DNA of 63,876 nucleotides, filler included, from Rhabdomonas costata (GCA_019059605.1; 56 parts of 56 records of this genome joined end to end with filler, not necessarily neighbours in it), one strand, 5' to 3'; positions 24,734 to 37,059 are shown, counted from the whole stretch's first letter. Notes: generated by a model from the sequence alone, not told the origin. Numbers and translations: made by a program.

Positions 24734-27700
24734 GCATGTTCCTCATCCAGATTAGGAGGACAATGGCGAGAGCCGTTTAATGGAAAAGGCAAAAAAGCAA
24801 AACGAGCAACAGTTATGGATAAAGGCTCACCCTCAAGTGACCAGCAACAGCAACAAGTGTTGTTTAGAACAGCTGGTTTTTCCCCCATGGAAACGGCACG
24901 CCTGAATCGCGCCTGCTAGCTGTACGACTGGTCAACGAGGAGCTGTGTGTCGGAGTACTCTCAGCACGTATCTGCGTTACGTCGGACACAGTCGTTTTCG
25001 GCGCTGGTCAATTTTGCCACCCCCCCAACCACAACCCAACANNNNNNNNNNNNNNNNNNNNNNNNNNNNNNNNNNNNNNNNNNNNTTAATTAATTAANNN
25101 NNNNNNNNNNNNNNNNNNNNNNNNNNNNNNNNNNNNNNNNNTTTTTTGTGGAAGCTGGTCGGGTGCTCCTGTTGTCTCACACTCGAGCGCTGTGCTGTGC
25201 CATGTCCGGGCTGGTTTTTTGTTTTCCGTGCTATTTTTTCATCTCGAACGACTCGTGTCGCTCCTGGGTGTGTAATGAGCAGCTCTTGTTGGCGGTTGCC
25301 TGCGGTTTTGGTTGAGAGTTTTCTGCTTCAGAAGAGGAGAGAGCCGGAAGAAGCGCAAGGCGATGTTGACGCCCACAGAGCGGGTGACCCTCAGAGTGCT
25401 TCTCTTCAGCTTTTGTTTAGGGTGCATTCGCTCCACGCATGCTTCCTTGGAAGACGTTTCCATGTGTACACTTGCGGTGTGTTACTCCTGCGCTGCCTTG
25501 TGTGTTGAGTGTTCTGAAGACAAAGTTACGCGGCAGTTGTACTGAGACTTGTCCTTTGCTATGCCATTTGCCCCTTGCCTTTTTACTTTTACCGCGCACA
25601 TTGCCCGGCATCTGTGTGAACCTTCCTGTATGTTTTGTTTGCTTATAATAGGGAGGAGTCTCTGCAGTTCGCTGCAAAAGAGCATTTACGGGAATATAGA
25701 GAAGTTTTCCACAGGTGCTTTTTCTTGGATGCATTCGATAAACTCATCCCTAAGACCTCTGAGTGGTGGTCGTACTGTCGTTGCAGTTACCAGTTTTAAT
25801 CAGGTGCTGACCTACAAAATGTCCTGCCTTAATGCCGATGGATTCGCCAGCGGAGAGGAAGAAGCTCAGTTCCCCGCTCACTTCCCCGTTCCCCTCGTAC
25901 GCTTGTTTTTGTATCAATTTACCCAAATGGATTTCGCACAAGCTAGCCTGCAAGGTAGTGTTTTCTTGTGAGAAGCTCACATGTTCAGTCTTTTTGAAGC
26001 AGTCCGAAATCGAATGCTGCATATGTTTAATAAGGAGCAAGCTGAAAAAATGAAAATGTGTGGGGCGATCTGTGATGATTTACATCACCCTTTTGTGGTC
26101 TCCAGAGGTTTCATCTTCTTAGACATATTTCCGCGTGTTGTGTCGTTGCTAATCGTTGCCTAAGCCCATTTCACCACCCCCCCCNNNNNNNNNNNNNNNN
26201 NNNNNNNNNNNNNNNNNNNNNNNNNNNNTTAATTAATTAANNNNNNNNNNNNNNNNNNNNNNNNNNNNNNNNNNNNNNNNNNNNGGTGTGTGGGTGTGAG
26301 CGAAAATACGCAACTTCAGTGCAAGCATATGCTCATTTCGCTCACACTCACAGACCCGATATATTGAAACAAATGCATGCCTAGGTTGGTACCTGGCATT
26401 GCGCCAACCTCTACAGAAACCGACAGGTGTGAGGAAAGCGGAGATTTCATGGCCGGGGGGGGGGGGACGGAATGGGATGGGCATACGAAAAACACGCACT
26501 ACCAATGAATTGAGAAGGTACAAAACTCCAGCAAGCCCACCCTGTGAAGAACCCTGGGGAAGGAAAAACGCCGGGGTTGCGTAAAAAGATGGCCGATGGT
26601 CATGCTACTCAAGAGAGCGACCGCAGAAGTGGCTTCGGGGAGGGCAAGGAAAACGTACATTCAAGCCTCTGAAAAAGAATTAGAGTTGTGAAGAGAGGGG
26701 AAACGGAATGTTTAAGGCCTCGGCCAGGGCTTTGGGCTTCTAAATGAGCACCATCTGACAAAAAAAAGGTGGTTGATGATTACGCGAAAAGGGTGCAACA
26801 ATGGAAGGGTGCACGATCAGGACCGGTGCATCTCATGGACTGAGAGAAGTCATGGATTTGACAGCGAGGTAGTGAGCGATTTCCGAAGATGGACCAATCG
26901 GAGTCGGGCGGGCGAAGTGATGAGGGGGTGGAAACGATTTTAATGATAACCATTCAGCATTGGCAGCACAAAATAACAGAAATTTTACCGCCTTTTGTGC
27001 CTGAAAAAGAGTAGGTAACTGCGCCGATGGACCTAACTTTCTCTGTTTGTGATCGTTGCTGGGTTTTGGTGGAGGAGAGAGATAGCGTTGGTTCAGGAGC
27101 GGAGGTTAAAGCCGCGGTGCGTCCGGCTGTAGCAGGAAAATTCTTGAGTTTTGGTCCTGTGCGACCGGGGCCGTGACCCCCTTCCTGCCCCATCATCCAC
27201 TCCTGAGGTGGTCAAAAGATGGAAACTGTGATATAAGAGGTGAGGGCAAGCAAGAAGTAGAGAGGATGTCTGCCGGACAACAGCTAAAGACAGAGACCAA
27301 GAGCGCAAAAAATTCCCCACCACAAACNNNNNNNNNNNNNNNNNNNNNNNNNNNNNNNNNNNNNNNNNNNNTTAATTAATTAANNNNNNNNNNNNNNNNN
27401 NNNNNNNNNNNNNNNNNNNNNNNNNNNGTTGTGTGGGGAGCTCTGACTAAGCTACGGAGTGCTTTTGAGTTTCTCTTTGAGAGGCTTGAGTGAGTGTTGA
27501 AGTACTTCCAAGTGTTGCTCATACCAGAGTTTAGAATGTCGCAACCACCTGCTAGTAAGAGTTACAGATCACACTTCCTGGCGTTCGTGCCAACCCACAC
27601 TCAAAACCGCTATGACATGCATGAAGTGTTTTGGACGGACAGCTACAGAGGTAGAAAGAATTCGCAAAGAAGTTATGTAAAGGTTAAATGTGGCTTTTCC

Positions 27701-29713
27701 AAAGGTGATAGAGAATTCCAAGATGTGGATAGCAGCAGTGGAGTGGATATCGTCCAAGTACAAATGTCAGACAGAGAGTGAGGATGTCAAGAACTTGGTT
27801 GGTATTCTAGAGGAGTGGAGGATAGAGATGTTTGAAGATGTAGAAGAGATGAATTAGTTGAGACATGTTGCCATAGAAATCCAGAGCTAACTGTTCTGAG
27901 TTCAGTTCCACTGATATTGGAGGATCATGTTGACGTATGTGATGTAAGTGGTAAAAGAGTTGAAGGTGGAGGGTTCACCATTGTGAAATGATCGGGAGCA
28001 AATAGAGTCTTTGTTGAATGAGGTTTTGAGGAGAAGGATTAAGGCCAGAGAGTTGCTTTAACAGTTGCCCGACACAAAAAATGGGTGAAGTACGTGCCAC
28101 CAGTCCACAAAACACCTCCAAAACCACCAGTAGCTGATGACCTGGAAGCTATCTTGCGTCAGCTGAAGGAAGCTAAAGTGGGCCTAATAGCTCTATCAAC
28201 GACAAATGTTCCACAGCAAGGGACGTGGACTGCAGTGACTGGAGTGGCAATGGACACACCATACACATCCACAGCAAATTTCCCCAGAGCAGCCCGATCC
28301 CTAAACCCGACACTTGCCTTACTCCCCATGGGGTCAAACTCTTTGATGGAACACAAGTGTACACGAACTTCCATACTATACCTGTGAATTTTGCACAGGG
28401 ACGTAACCGGTACGACAAAATCTCACTTTCAGCCACGTGTGGTTCCTGTTGCCAACAGTCCACCCCCAACNNNNNNNNNNNNNNNNNNNNNNNNNNNNNN
28501 NNNNNNNNNNNNNNTTAATTAATTAANNNNNNNNNNNNNNNNNNNNNNNNNNNNNNNNNNNNNNNNNNNNTTTTGGGGGGGTCGTATTTGGGAGACGTAG
28601 TGTCAATCTTATGGGTTAGTCGCTGTTCATGTGCTGTCGTTGGTGACAGCTTCTGACCTCTTGGTTTGTATTATCCAAATAAACGTGTCCATGGCGATAT
28701 TTTTGGGGAGGGGGGTGTACACTGTGTCAGCATTCCCTTCGTAACGGGAACCGCATCTACAAGAGGAGTTCCCTTCGAGATGCTATTTTCCAATAAGCGC
28801 GCTAAATGGGTTTGGAATGTGGAATGTCCCTAATGTAGTCGTCCGGTGGTCGTCAAGAGGGCTGACTGTTCACCGTCGCACAGCAAAGCCGAGTGGTTGC
28901 GAAAGTTCAACGAAGTTTATAAATAAAGCAAATGTGAGAGGGATGCAAACAAAAGCATTAAGCCTCCTCTCACGACGTAGCAGACACGATATAGCCACCA
29001 GATAAATATGTCACCTCAGAAAGAGCAACCCTAAAAAAGAAAGACAAGCAAATCAGCACAACGACGAGTATAACGAAGCAGTGAAGTGTGCCCCACCAGC
29101 CCGAGGGAAATAACCCCGTCACGGTGGGTATGAGCGATGATCACGCGGCGCAACTTACTCGGGCTCGGGCTCGGGCTTGGAATTGGCATTCACCTTGCGC
29201 CTCTTCTGAGAATGAGTCAGAGTACCTGTGAATGAGACCATTGTGACAGCTTCCAAGAAGAGAGAGAAGAGCAGTTGGGGATGAAGGTCCGGGTGCCCTT
29301 TTGCATATGAGACGTGGGGCGGAGTGAAGGGTAAGTGTGCGCTGGCACACCCGAATCACCCAGTTAAAGCTGTGAAGCCCAGGGCTCAAGAAGCTGAAGA
29401 ATCGCTTGTACATTGGTGGGCAGAGAGAACGGCTGGTGGCACACAGCTTCTATTGCTCAGTCTGAAAGAGCCGTATACTTCGACTTCGACATGGACTTGA
29501 CTGCAACACCCCACCTCAACCCCTTTCATTTACCGGAGCTGTTTTATTCTTTCGAGATCTCTGGGTGGAGCTATCTTCCTGATCCGGTTTCGATTTTCTG
29601 ATTACCAAACCCCNNNNNNNNNNNNNNNNNNNNNNNNNNNNNNNNNNNNNNNNNNNNTTAATTAATTAANNNNNNNNNNNNNNNNNNNNNNNNNNNNNNN
29701 NNNNNNNNNNNNN

Positions 29714-30180
29714 TTTGTGGTTTTCATCTAAATCACTTGAATAAAGTTCATCAATTACTCCTTTTGAATTGCTTTCTATTATATTCGACGGTCTTAAATA
29801 TTTAAGGACTATAAAGGGTAAACTACATTGTTTTAAATGAATCCCGTATACATTCGCAATGTTTGAACCTACAAAAATAGAAGCTTCAATACTTTCTTCA
29901 AATTGTGCATTATAAATAACATAATCTTCAAGATCATGATCATCATAATCAACAAATTTATCAAAAACATTAAAAATAGGTATATACTGCATATTGTATA
30001 GATTGGCTGTGTATGCTTTACATTCGTCAAGTCCAATTAAATTTGTAGGAATATTTGATTCAAAATAGCCAGTTTGTGGCTTAACAGAATATTTGTGTAT
30101 GATATTTCTTGTTTTTGAATCAAATTTTGATGTGAACATGTCATTTAATAGCCATTCATCAGCTTTATTATTGTGCATTT
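29714..30180 (-). CDS. AT-rich virus-like ORF fragment, divergent family-B polymerase-like region (Polinton-like virus type)
   Basis: IGLDECKAYTANL...IPIFNVFD resembles PolB motif A (DxxxxY); intronless and strongly AT-rich; open to the contig edge. Confidence 0.5.
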
Positions 30181-30756
30181 TTGGGAGGAAGTCACGCTTC
30201 ACCATTGGCTACGCGCGGGCATTGGCGGTGCGCGTGGCTCTTGGAAAGTGTGCATTCCAGATCTCAAACTGCTGATCAGCCTCGGTTCCAAAAGAGAAAT
30301 CAGTAGACGTGAATGCAGGAAACAAAGCTTCATAATTCTCCTTTAGCCAAGACATGAGCAGCCCATGCAATCCAGGTTCAAACTTGGGCGTTGGCGCGAG
30401 TTGCCTTGCCGCTAAAGCCTTAACTTCATTGATGCGCGTGGAGGCGGCCCGAAGGTATGCAAGGCCTGGTATAATCACACCATAAACATTGAGACCGTGG
30501 TACTGCTCTCGGCATCTTTGTCTGGTCGATGTTTTCATTGAAGCTCCTGGTTTTAACCCCGCAATGATACGCTGTTTGCTGAGGCAAATGAAGCAACCCT
30601 CCCGCGACACCAATCCTGGTCCACGACCACCACAATACCTGCAACTAACCTCCTGGATGACGGCGTCGTCTACCGAAATTTGCTCTTCGATATCTTCAAC
30701 TTCGGCGCCCAAACACTGGAAAATGGGCAAGTCAAGATTCTTGCCGACCAAACCCC
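30181..30756 (-). pseudogene. RNA-virus-like replicase N-terminal region (tombus/noda/weivirus-like), one in-frame TAG at 30209-30211
   Basis: GLNVYGVIIPG...INEVKALAARQLAPTP...FEIWNAHFPRATR fits the NE..AL..R.L...P and F..W...FP motifs that precede motif F in such RdRps; core motifs (GDD) absent. Confidence 0.4.
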
Positions 30757-31299
30757 NNNNNNNNNNNNNNNNNNNNNNNNNNNNNNNNNNNNNNNNNNNN
30801 TTAATTAATTAANNNNNNNNNNNNNNNNNNNNNNNNNNNNNNNNNNNNNNNNNNNNGGGTGTTTGTAAAGCCAGGCGTCTTCGGAACGAGTTAGCCCTTT
30901 CCCCGATCCGAAGACGCCTGGCTTTGCAAACACACTCCATTTCAATTGGTTTGCCCAATGGACCTTATGGAAACTTCCCAGCTTTTCTCTTTCTTTATTT
31001 CTGGTGGGCAAGTTTGCCATTTTGTTATCCTTGGCACAGGGTTCGACCGGCTGAGAATCCCGCATGATCCCATTTTGTTGGTTTGAGGAAAGGTTTCGTG
31101 AGGAGCACGAAGATTGGCAAGCCCGTATCTTCGAATTCACTCTTCCTTTTTGGTGCCACTGTAAATGACCAGTACTGTGTGCTCGCACTAATACCCTGTA
31201 TTACTGTCGCGAAAAAAGTTTTGACAGTTGGTGCTTCGGAGACAAGGCCACCGGACTCGCTTCCGCTTGTGGTCCACTGCGTTTTCCTTGCGAAGAAAA

Positions 31300-31680
31300 G
31301 ATATCCATGGACTCCTTTCCACAACGGGGACGACAGCCATGAGCAGTTCGTGAGACGAGTAAAGGTGGAAACGAATTGTCCTGTACCTTCGCTGGTTCAG
31401 CCTCCTTTTGGGAGGGTTGAGGAACCTCCAGCTCCTTGAAAGACAGCGTCTGGGGGTCGTAAACTTTCAGCCGACGGGGGGCACGACTTTGCGTACACAC
31501 GGATCCCGCCGCAGAGCTTCCAGTCGAGCTGGCCCTTTCTCTGCTGGTGAGGCTTCCGCTATTGGTGCACTTCTGGCCTGCTTCAGCCGATGCGATGGCC
31601 TGAGGTTCTGCCTTTCCCGCGCACGCGCCCAGCAGCTCTGGGACACAATTAACTCCCATATCCTCCATTCTCGAGGAAAC
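31300..31680 (-). CDS. Possible low-complexity exon (boundaries approximate)
   Basis: Open 161-aa frame, Ser/Ala-rich, containing RRLKVYDPQTLSFKELEV. Confidence 0.3.
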
Positions 31681-32673
31681 AGACACAGTGTGATGGAAAA
31701 GCTAGCAAATATACGCCTTGGAAAGTGCGAGTACAACGGCGGCTTGGGTAACAATTGTCCAAAACAGCAAGCAAAAGCGGCTCGCCCCAATTCCCCAAAA
31801 AACCCTTAATCCCTCAGGAGGATTAATTCCGTAGAATATTTTCAAGCAAACTTTGACGGACACGCATGGTGAGCGCCAGATAAACAAACCGATTCACCCN
31901 NNNNNNNNNNNNNNNNNNNNNNNNNNNNNNNNNNNNNNNNNNNTTAATTAATTAANNNNNNNNNNNNNNNNNNNNNNNNNNNNNNNNNNNNNNNNNNNNG
32001 GGGGTTGGTAAGCGAGTCCATTCACCACCTGTGACCTCCCGCTTACCATATCCCCGCGGCCCCCAACAAGGCAGCCTTTGGGAGCTGAAGAGCCATATCT
32101 TCTGATCAATCAGTCACCTATATCACCATAACAGTCATGTGGAGGTTGTACCTCAAGTTTCTATGGTTTGTGCCCGGGAATTTTTCTTTCTCTTTTGGGC
32201 GCCCGCAGAATGCGCTAAGTACCTGCATACCTCCCTCGAATCAGCTGGTTGTGAGGTTTTATCTGCTGAGTTCTGCTTGGGTACCTCTAAATTATAACTG
32301 GCATAGGGGAAGTGTTTATGCAGCAGCTGCCGTGTTCAGGAATTTGTAGCATGGGTTCGGATGCCAGTATATGCGGAGAGCACACGATTGGCATTGACTC
32401 AGCTGCAGGCCCACCTGGACTTTAAGCCACAAATACCTAATGTTGTGTTCGCAGTAACATACGTAACGTACTCCCAGTACTCCCAATCTGATATTAATTC
32501 TCTTTGCGTCTTGTTCCTTGGTGTCCCTGCGTTTGATTCTGCGTTTATGTTGTTTGTGTAAGTGTGGATGTGTGAGTCTGCATCAGCTTTTCTCCGCGTT
32601 TTTTTTTCACTTCGGTTTGTTCGGCTCGGTTGGTTTTTGAACTCTGTGGTTTTCGAGCCTCTTCTCCGGAGCC

Positions 32674-32892
32674 ATGCCGTCGTGGTTATTCTGGCTCCTT
32701 CTTCCTCTCCATGGAGTCATCCGGCTCCTCCTTGCAGTGGTTGTGTTTGGGGTGGTTCTGCCCTTGGCCTGGGTGGTGCGATCGGCATGGAGGGGGCTCA
32801 CCCTGCGGTCCTGCCGCAACCGAACCCGCGAGGAGCTGGAGCCCGAGGACCTTATGTTTGTGGGCCAGCGCTCTGTGATCCACAGCGTCATG
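32674..32892 (+). CDS. First exon of a membrane protein, possibly WS/DGAT-like
   Basis: MPSWLFWLLLPL...VVLPLAWVV TM segments, then ELEPEDLMFVGQRSVIHSVM; pyrimidine-rich upstream. Confidence 0.4.
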
Positions 32893-33496
32893 GTTTTCCC
32901 CAGATTCAGAGCATGAGGCAAATTTCCAAGGGTTGCACGGCCGCAGTGGTCAACGGCGAGTGCCCTGATTTGCCTCATGCTCTGAATTTGGCATCACCCT
33001 TACACACCAGTATGAGCCGAGGCAGGAGCTGACCACCCCCCCNNNNNNNNNNNNNNNNNNNNNNNNNNNNNNNNNNNNNNNNNNNNTTAATTAATTAANN
33101 NNNNNNNNNNNNNNNNNNNNNNNNNNNNNNNNNNNNNNNNNNGGGTTGTTGGGGGAATCTCTGATGAGCAACTTTAATATGAGGTCCAGAAGAACAGGAC
33201 AGCTTTACGCTCCGGCGATCTAGCTGGAGTCAGCCAAAAGAACAGACCGAGACCAGTGTGCTCAGACGCCTGGAGCCTTAGGGCCCGTTTCAGGCTGGGG
33301 CGTCCCTTTGACGGAAGTGGAGAAAGCAAAAACTACGCTTCCTGTACCCGCGGAAAGGAGAGAAAGACGTACAGACCCAAGTGAACATCAGAGACCTTCG
33401 CCTGCGACAGACTTCAACTTCTTCAGGGCCGTTTTTCTGTTCATAGCTTACGAGGGCCACAAAGGTAGGAAGGGAAAAGGGGTCCTTTGGGGGCAT

Positions 33497-34172
33497 ACTC
33501 GGGAAGGTGCCAGAACATCTGATCGAAAATGGTGTAGCAGTCCTGGATGTATTGGTGGGTGTGCAGAACATGGGCGTGCCACACCAGGTCGACCAGCTTG
33601 GAGGGGACCTGAGAGAGAGGAGGGCAAACTGAATAACTCAACAAAAGTACAGCTACAAAAGTTGAAGAAGAAGCAGAAGAAGAAGCGGGAGCGAGAAGGG
33701 AAACGAGGCCTACTACTACAGTTTGATAAATCAAGCAGCAATCGTTAAAAATTCGAGTCGGGTCGGGCTGAAGGCAGGTTAGATGCATCATTGTAGCAGT
33801 TCAGCACTCACCAGCATAATATCGTGGGGCACAAAGTACAGCTTCAGGAATCGCTGGTACTCCTTCATGCACTCCCGGATCTGGGCCTCTCCTCCGGTGA
33901 ACTCCTTGCACTCCAGCAGCATGGGCATGAGGTAGGACAGGTCCAGCTCATCTAAAGAAAAGCGAACCAGAAAAACACCTCAAACTCAAACACATCCCAC
34001 AAACCAGCAAACCCAAAAGCAACGCAGAAAAGGTCCAATTCATCTGAACAACAACAACAACGAGAACACAAAAATCGCACCGACGGTCTTGGGGCTGGGC
34101 TTCAGGCTCTTCGGGGGGGCCAGCGCCACAATGCCCTTGCCGGGGCTGCCCCAGATCTCTGCCGGAGCCTCC
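33497..34172 (-). CDS. Glycine-rich-domain protein (GRDP/DUF1399-like), three exons (34081-34172, 33812-33951, ~33497-33608)
   Basis: Spliced KTVDELDLSYL...KEYQRFLKLY...IML|VPSKLVDLVWHAHVLHTHQYIQDC...FWHLP fits EY.RFL.L...VP...D..WH.H.L....Y..DC; both introns GT-AG and phase-compatible. Confidence 0.82.
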
Positions 34173-34328
34173 ACCCCCCCACCNNNNNNNNNNNNNNNNN
34201 NNNNNNNNNNNNNNNNNNNNNNNNNNNTTAATTAATTAANNNNNNNNNNNNNNNNNNNNNNNNNNNNNNNNNNNNNNNNNNNNGTGTTGGGTGTGTGTGG
34301 TGGGGGTTGGCCCAAGGCGTGAAGACGT

Positions 34329-34448
34329 ATGGAGAAGCACAATGATGGGCGGCGGCAGTTGATGAATGCGGGGGAGTTCGTCGGCAGCGTTGGAGCAGGA
34401 TGGAGTCAACGCGACAGTGACTTTGATGGGAAACTGAATTACGACAAG
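34329..34448 (+). CDS. Possible EF-hand-like exon
   Basis: RDSDFDGKLNYDK followed by an AAG|GTT donor. Confidence 0.3.
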
Positions 34449-35426
34449 GTTGCCGGGGCTTCCCCGTGGTCGGTGCTGCCCCGGCCATCCTTGTGCCTAC
34501 AGCGCCCCGTGCCCGCAGCCCAGCCGCTTTGTGCAGTGGCCCAACTCATTCTTGCGCAGTGCCTGGGATCACGCCCTTCCACTCGCCACCTGCAAAGCCC
34601 ACGCGCTTGTGTAACCTCCTTCGGTTTTCCCCTCTGTGCCTCGTGTACCTGTTTTTCGTGCCTTCACCTCAGTTGCGAGAAAGCAAAAGTTTCCTTGAGA
34701 AACATTTTTTTGAAAGGTCACAGAACCGCGGCACAACAGTCATCACTGTGCGAGTGCGAGCGTCACTGGAGCAAACGAAGAAGAAGAACACGTGTCCAAA
34801 GGGAGAGATGGGAGTGTGGCTCGTGTTCCCTGTGGGTATACTAGGTTGACGGTACCTGTTTTCATTCATCCGTCTTGGAGGAAGTCTGCAAAAGCGGACT
34901 CATGCAATAGCCATAACCTTTGGAACTTTGGAATGTAATTGGAGACAGATTGAAACAATTGGAGACAGATGTCGAAAAACTGTATCAGCAGTGTGATAAT
35001 ATAGATCCTGCTGAAAAAGAAAAGAAAGACCAGCCCGCGAGTGTATTGGGGGAACTTATCTTGGCTCTTGCTCGGCAGCTTTCAATTCGGAATGGCTGTT
35101 CTTTTGATTTCTTTTCTTGCCTGCTTTTCGTGCTGCTTCGCTTCTCGGTACGAAAGGATATGCAACAAAATGGTTTTGCATGCGGAGAATGCTGTGCGAG
35201 AGCACAATATGGGCAATGTCGCTGCGGCGCAGGAAGAGGTGAGGAGAACTAAAGAGACTTTTAAGAAAGCCGTCAGCGTTTCTCCCAATGAGGTTTTGAC
35301 TTCCGTGTTGGGTCAGACCCCCACCCNNNNNNNNNNNNNNNNNNNNNNNNNNNNNNNNNNNNNNNNNNNNTTAATTAATTAANNNNNNNNNNNNNNNNNN
35401 NNNNNNNNNNNNNNNNNNNNNNNNNN

Positions 35427-35820
35427 CGCAACGGTGGCCGTACAGCGTGCGCTTCGACGCGGCGCGGGACTGAGCGAGAGCACCTGGCACAACCTCCGCG
35501 AAGGAGGAGTTAAGTTGCAGGGGGTGAGCCAAGTGAACATCGCAGGCAGTGGGAGCGCCCCACCAAAGGGTTTCGCTGTATACGTCCGCTGGGCGGTCCG
35601 CAGAGAATGGGAAGCGGACTTTAGTGCGAACAGGAAAGCCGGAGTCGCACAAAAGCAGCCCCAATCCATCACGCACACGGTTGTGCCGAGCATGGAAGTT
35701 GGTGCACACGCAGCACAGGGCGTGGTCACCGAAGGGGTCTTGGGGGCCCTTGCAGCCGGAGCATAAGGGAGGGTCGCCCGGGAACAGGTATAAGTCAACA
35801 AGCTGAGACCGAAGCACCAC
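35427..35820 (-). mobile_element. CRE/SLACS-like non-LTR retrotransposon C-terminus (Zn knuckle plus restriction-like endonuclease)
   Basis: CSGC...DPFGDHALCC...RHNRVRD...RPADV...ACDV...HP...A..K...Y, the typical CRE-clade RLE signature. Confidence 0.88.
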
Positions 35821-37059
35821 CAAACATCCAGGCTACACTCAGTTACTGGCAGTACGTCCCCACCGTCTCACGCACACCGCGAACCCGTTCACCCTACAGT
35901 TGACATTCCTAACCGCACCAGCACCAGCACAGCCACACTCAGCACAACCCACCGAAACTGCACAGAAGCAACAGCAACCCACCGAAACCAACCCGCAAGG
36001 CCAGAACCGAACCCAGGAACCACATGATCCCACTTCCATTTCAGCCAAACCCTGAAGACCTGCCAGCCCATGCTAGAGTGTGGCTGTACGCTCTTACGAC
36101 AAACTCCTGTCATTGTAAGTCATTGCAAGTCCTGTTTCTATAAATTTGGTCACACCTCCCTTCAACTCCCTATCAAACAGGCATGAGCATCTGGAAGGAA
36201 AAAAAAAATAGGCGATGGAGAAGGGGGTCACGGCGAAAATCTTTGAGAACTTGGCCAGTAATATTGATCCACAAATACCAAAAGGAGTGCGAAGTTTCGA
36301 AACAAAAAACCTCCCGTTTTCAGGCTAAATTTATTGTGCTCAACCAATTGCTGCAACTCGCTGTCTGTCAAAGAGCAACAGGAACAGCAACTGCTGTTTT
36401 TCCACCCAACTCATTCTAGGTAGATTTACTTTTTTGTGTGGCAAGTGCGCCCACTCATCACCCACACACNNNNNNNNNNNNNNNNNNNNNNNNNNNNNNN
36501 NNNNNNNNNNNNNTTAATTAATTAANNNNNNNNNNNNNNNNNNNNNNNNNNNNNNNNNNNNNNNNNNNNCTGTTTGATGTTTGCTTTTTATGTTTGTTTG
36601 CGTCCTCTCTTATTTTCCGCGACCGACGCGGAAATACTCTGTTTCGACTGTGTTTTCGTAGCCTTTTCTGTTCTCACCACGGAAGAGGAAACATAAGACG
36701 CCCGAGATATGCCTGCTTTCGAATTCCTCATTCAGTTTTGTGTGCCCAATTCCTAATTCGGAGGATCCCCCTCGATGCTTAACCTACGACCCCACGACAT
36801 CATTCAGGGGCTACCTTCGGGGGGGGGACCGACCGTCGGGAGTGACGCGAAAACTTCTTAAATGGAAGCACCGGCCCAAAGAGTTCAGGAACTCGCGCGG
36901 TGACGAACCATTTCCGCACCTCAGTTGACCAACTGCGACGGCCCCGCGCGGTTGCACGGGAGCACGCCCGCAAGCATCAGGACCTAGGAAACAACAAAAG
37001 AACACTACTAGTATGAATTGAGCCTTCATGCCGCCATGCCGTACCCAACCACTCGCGTG

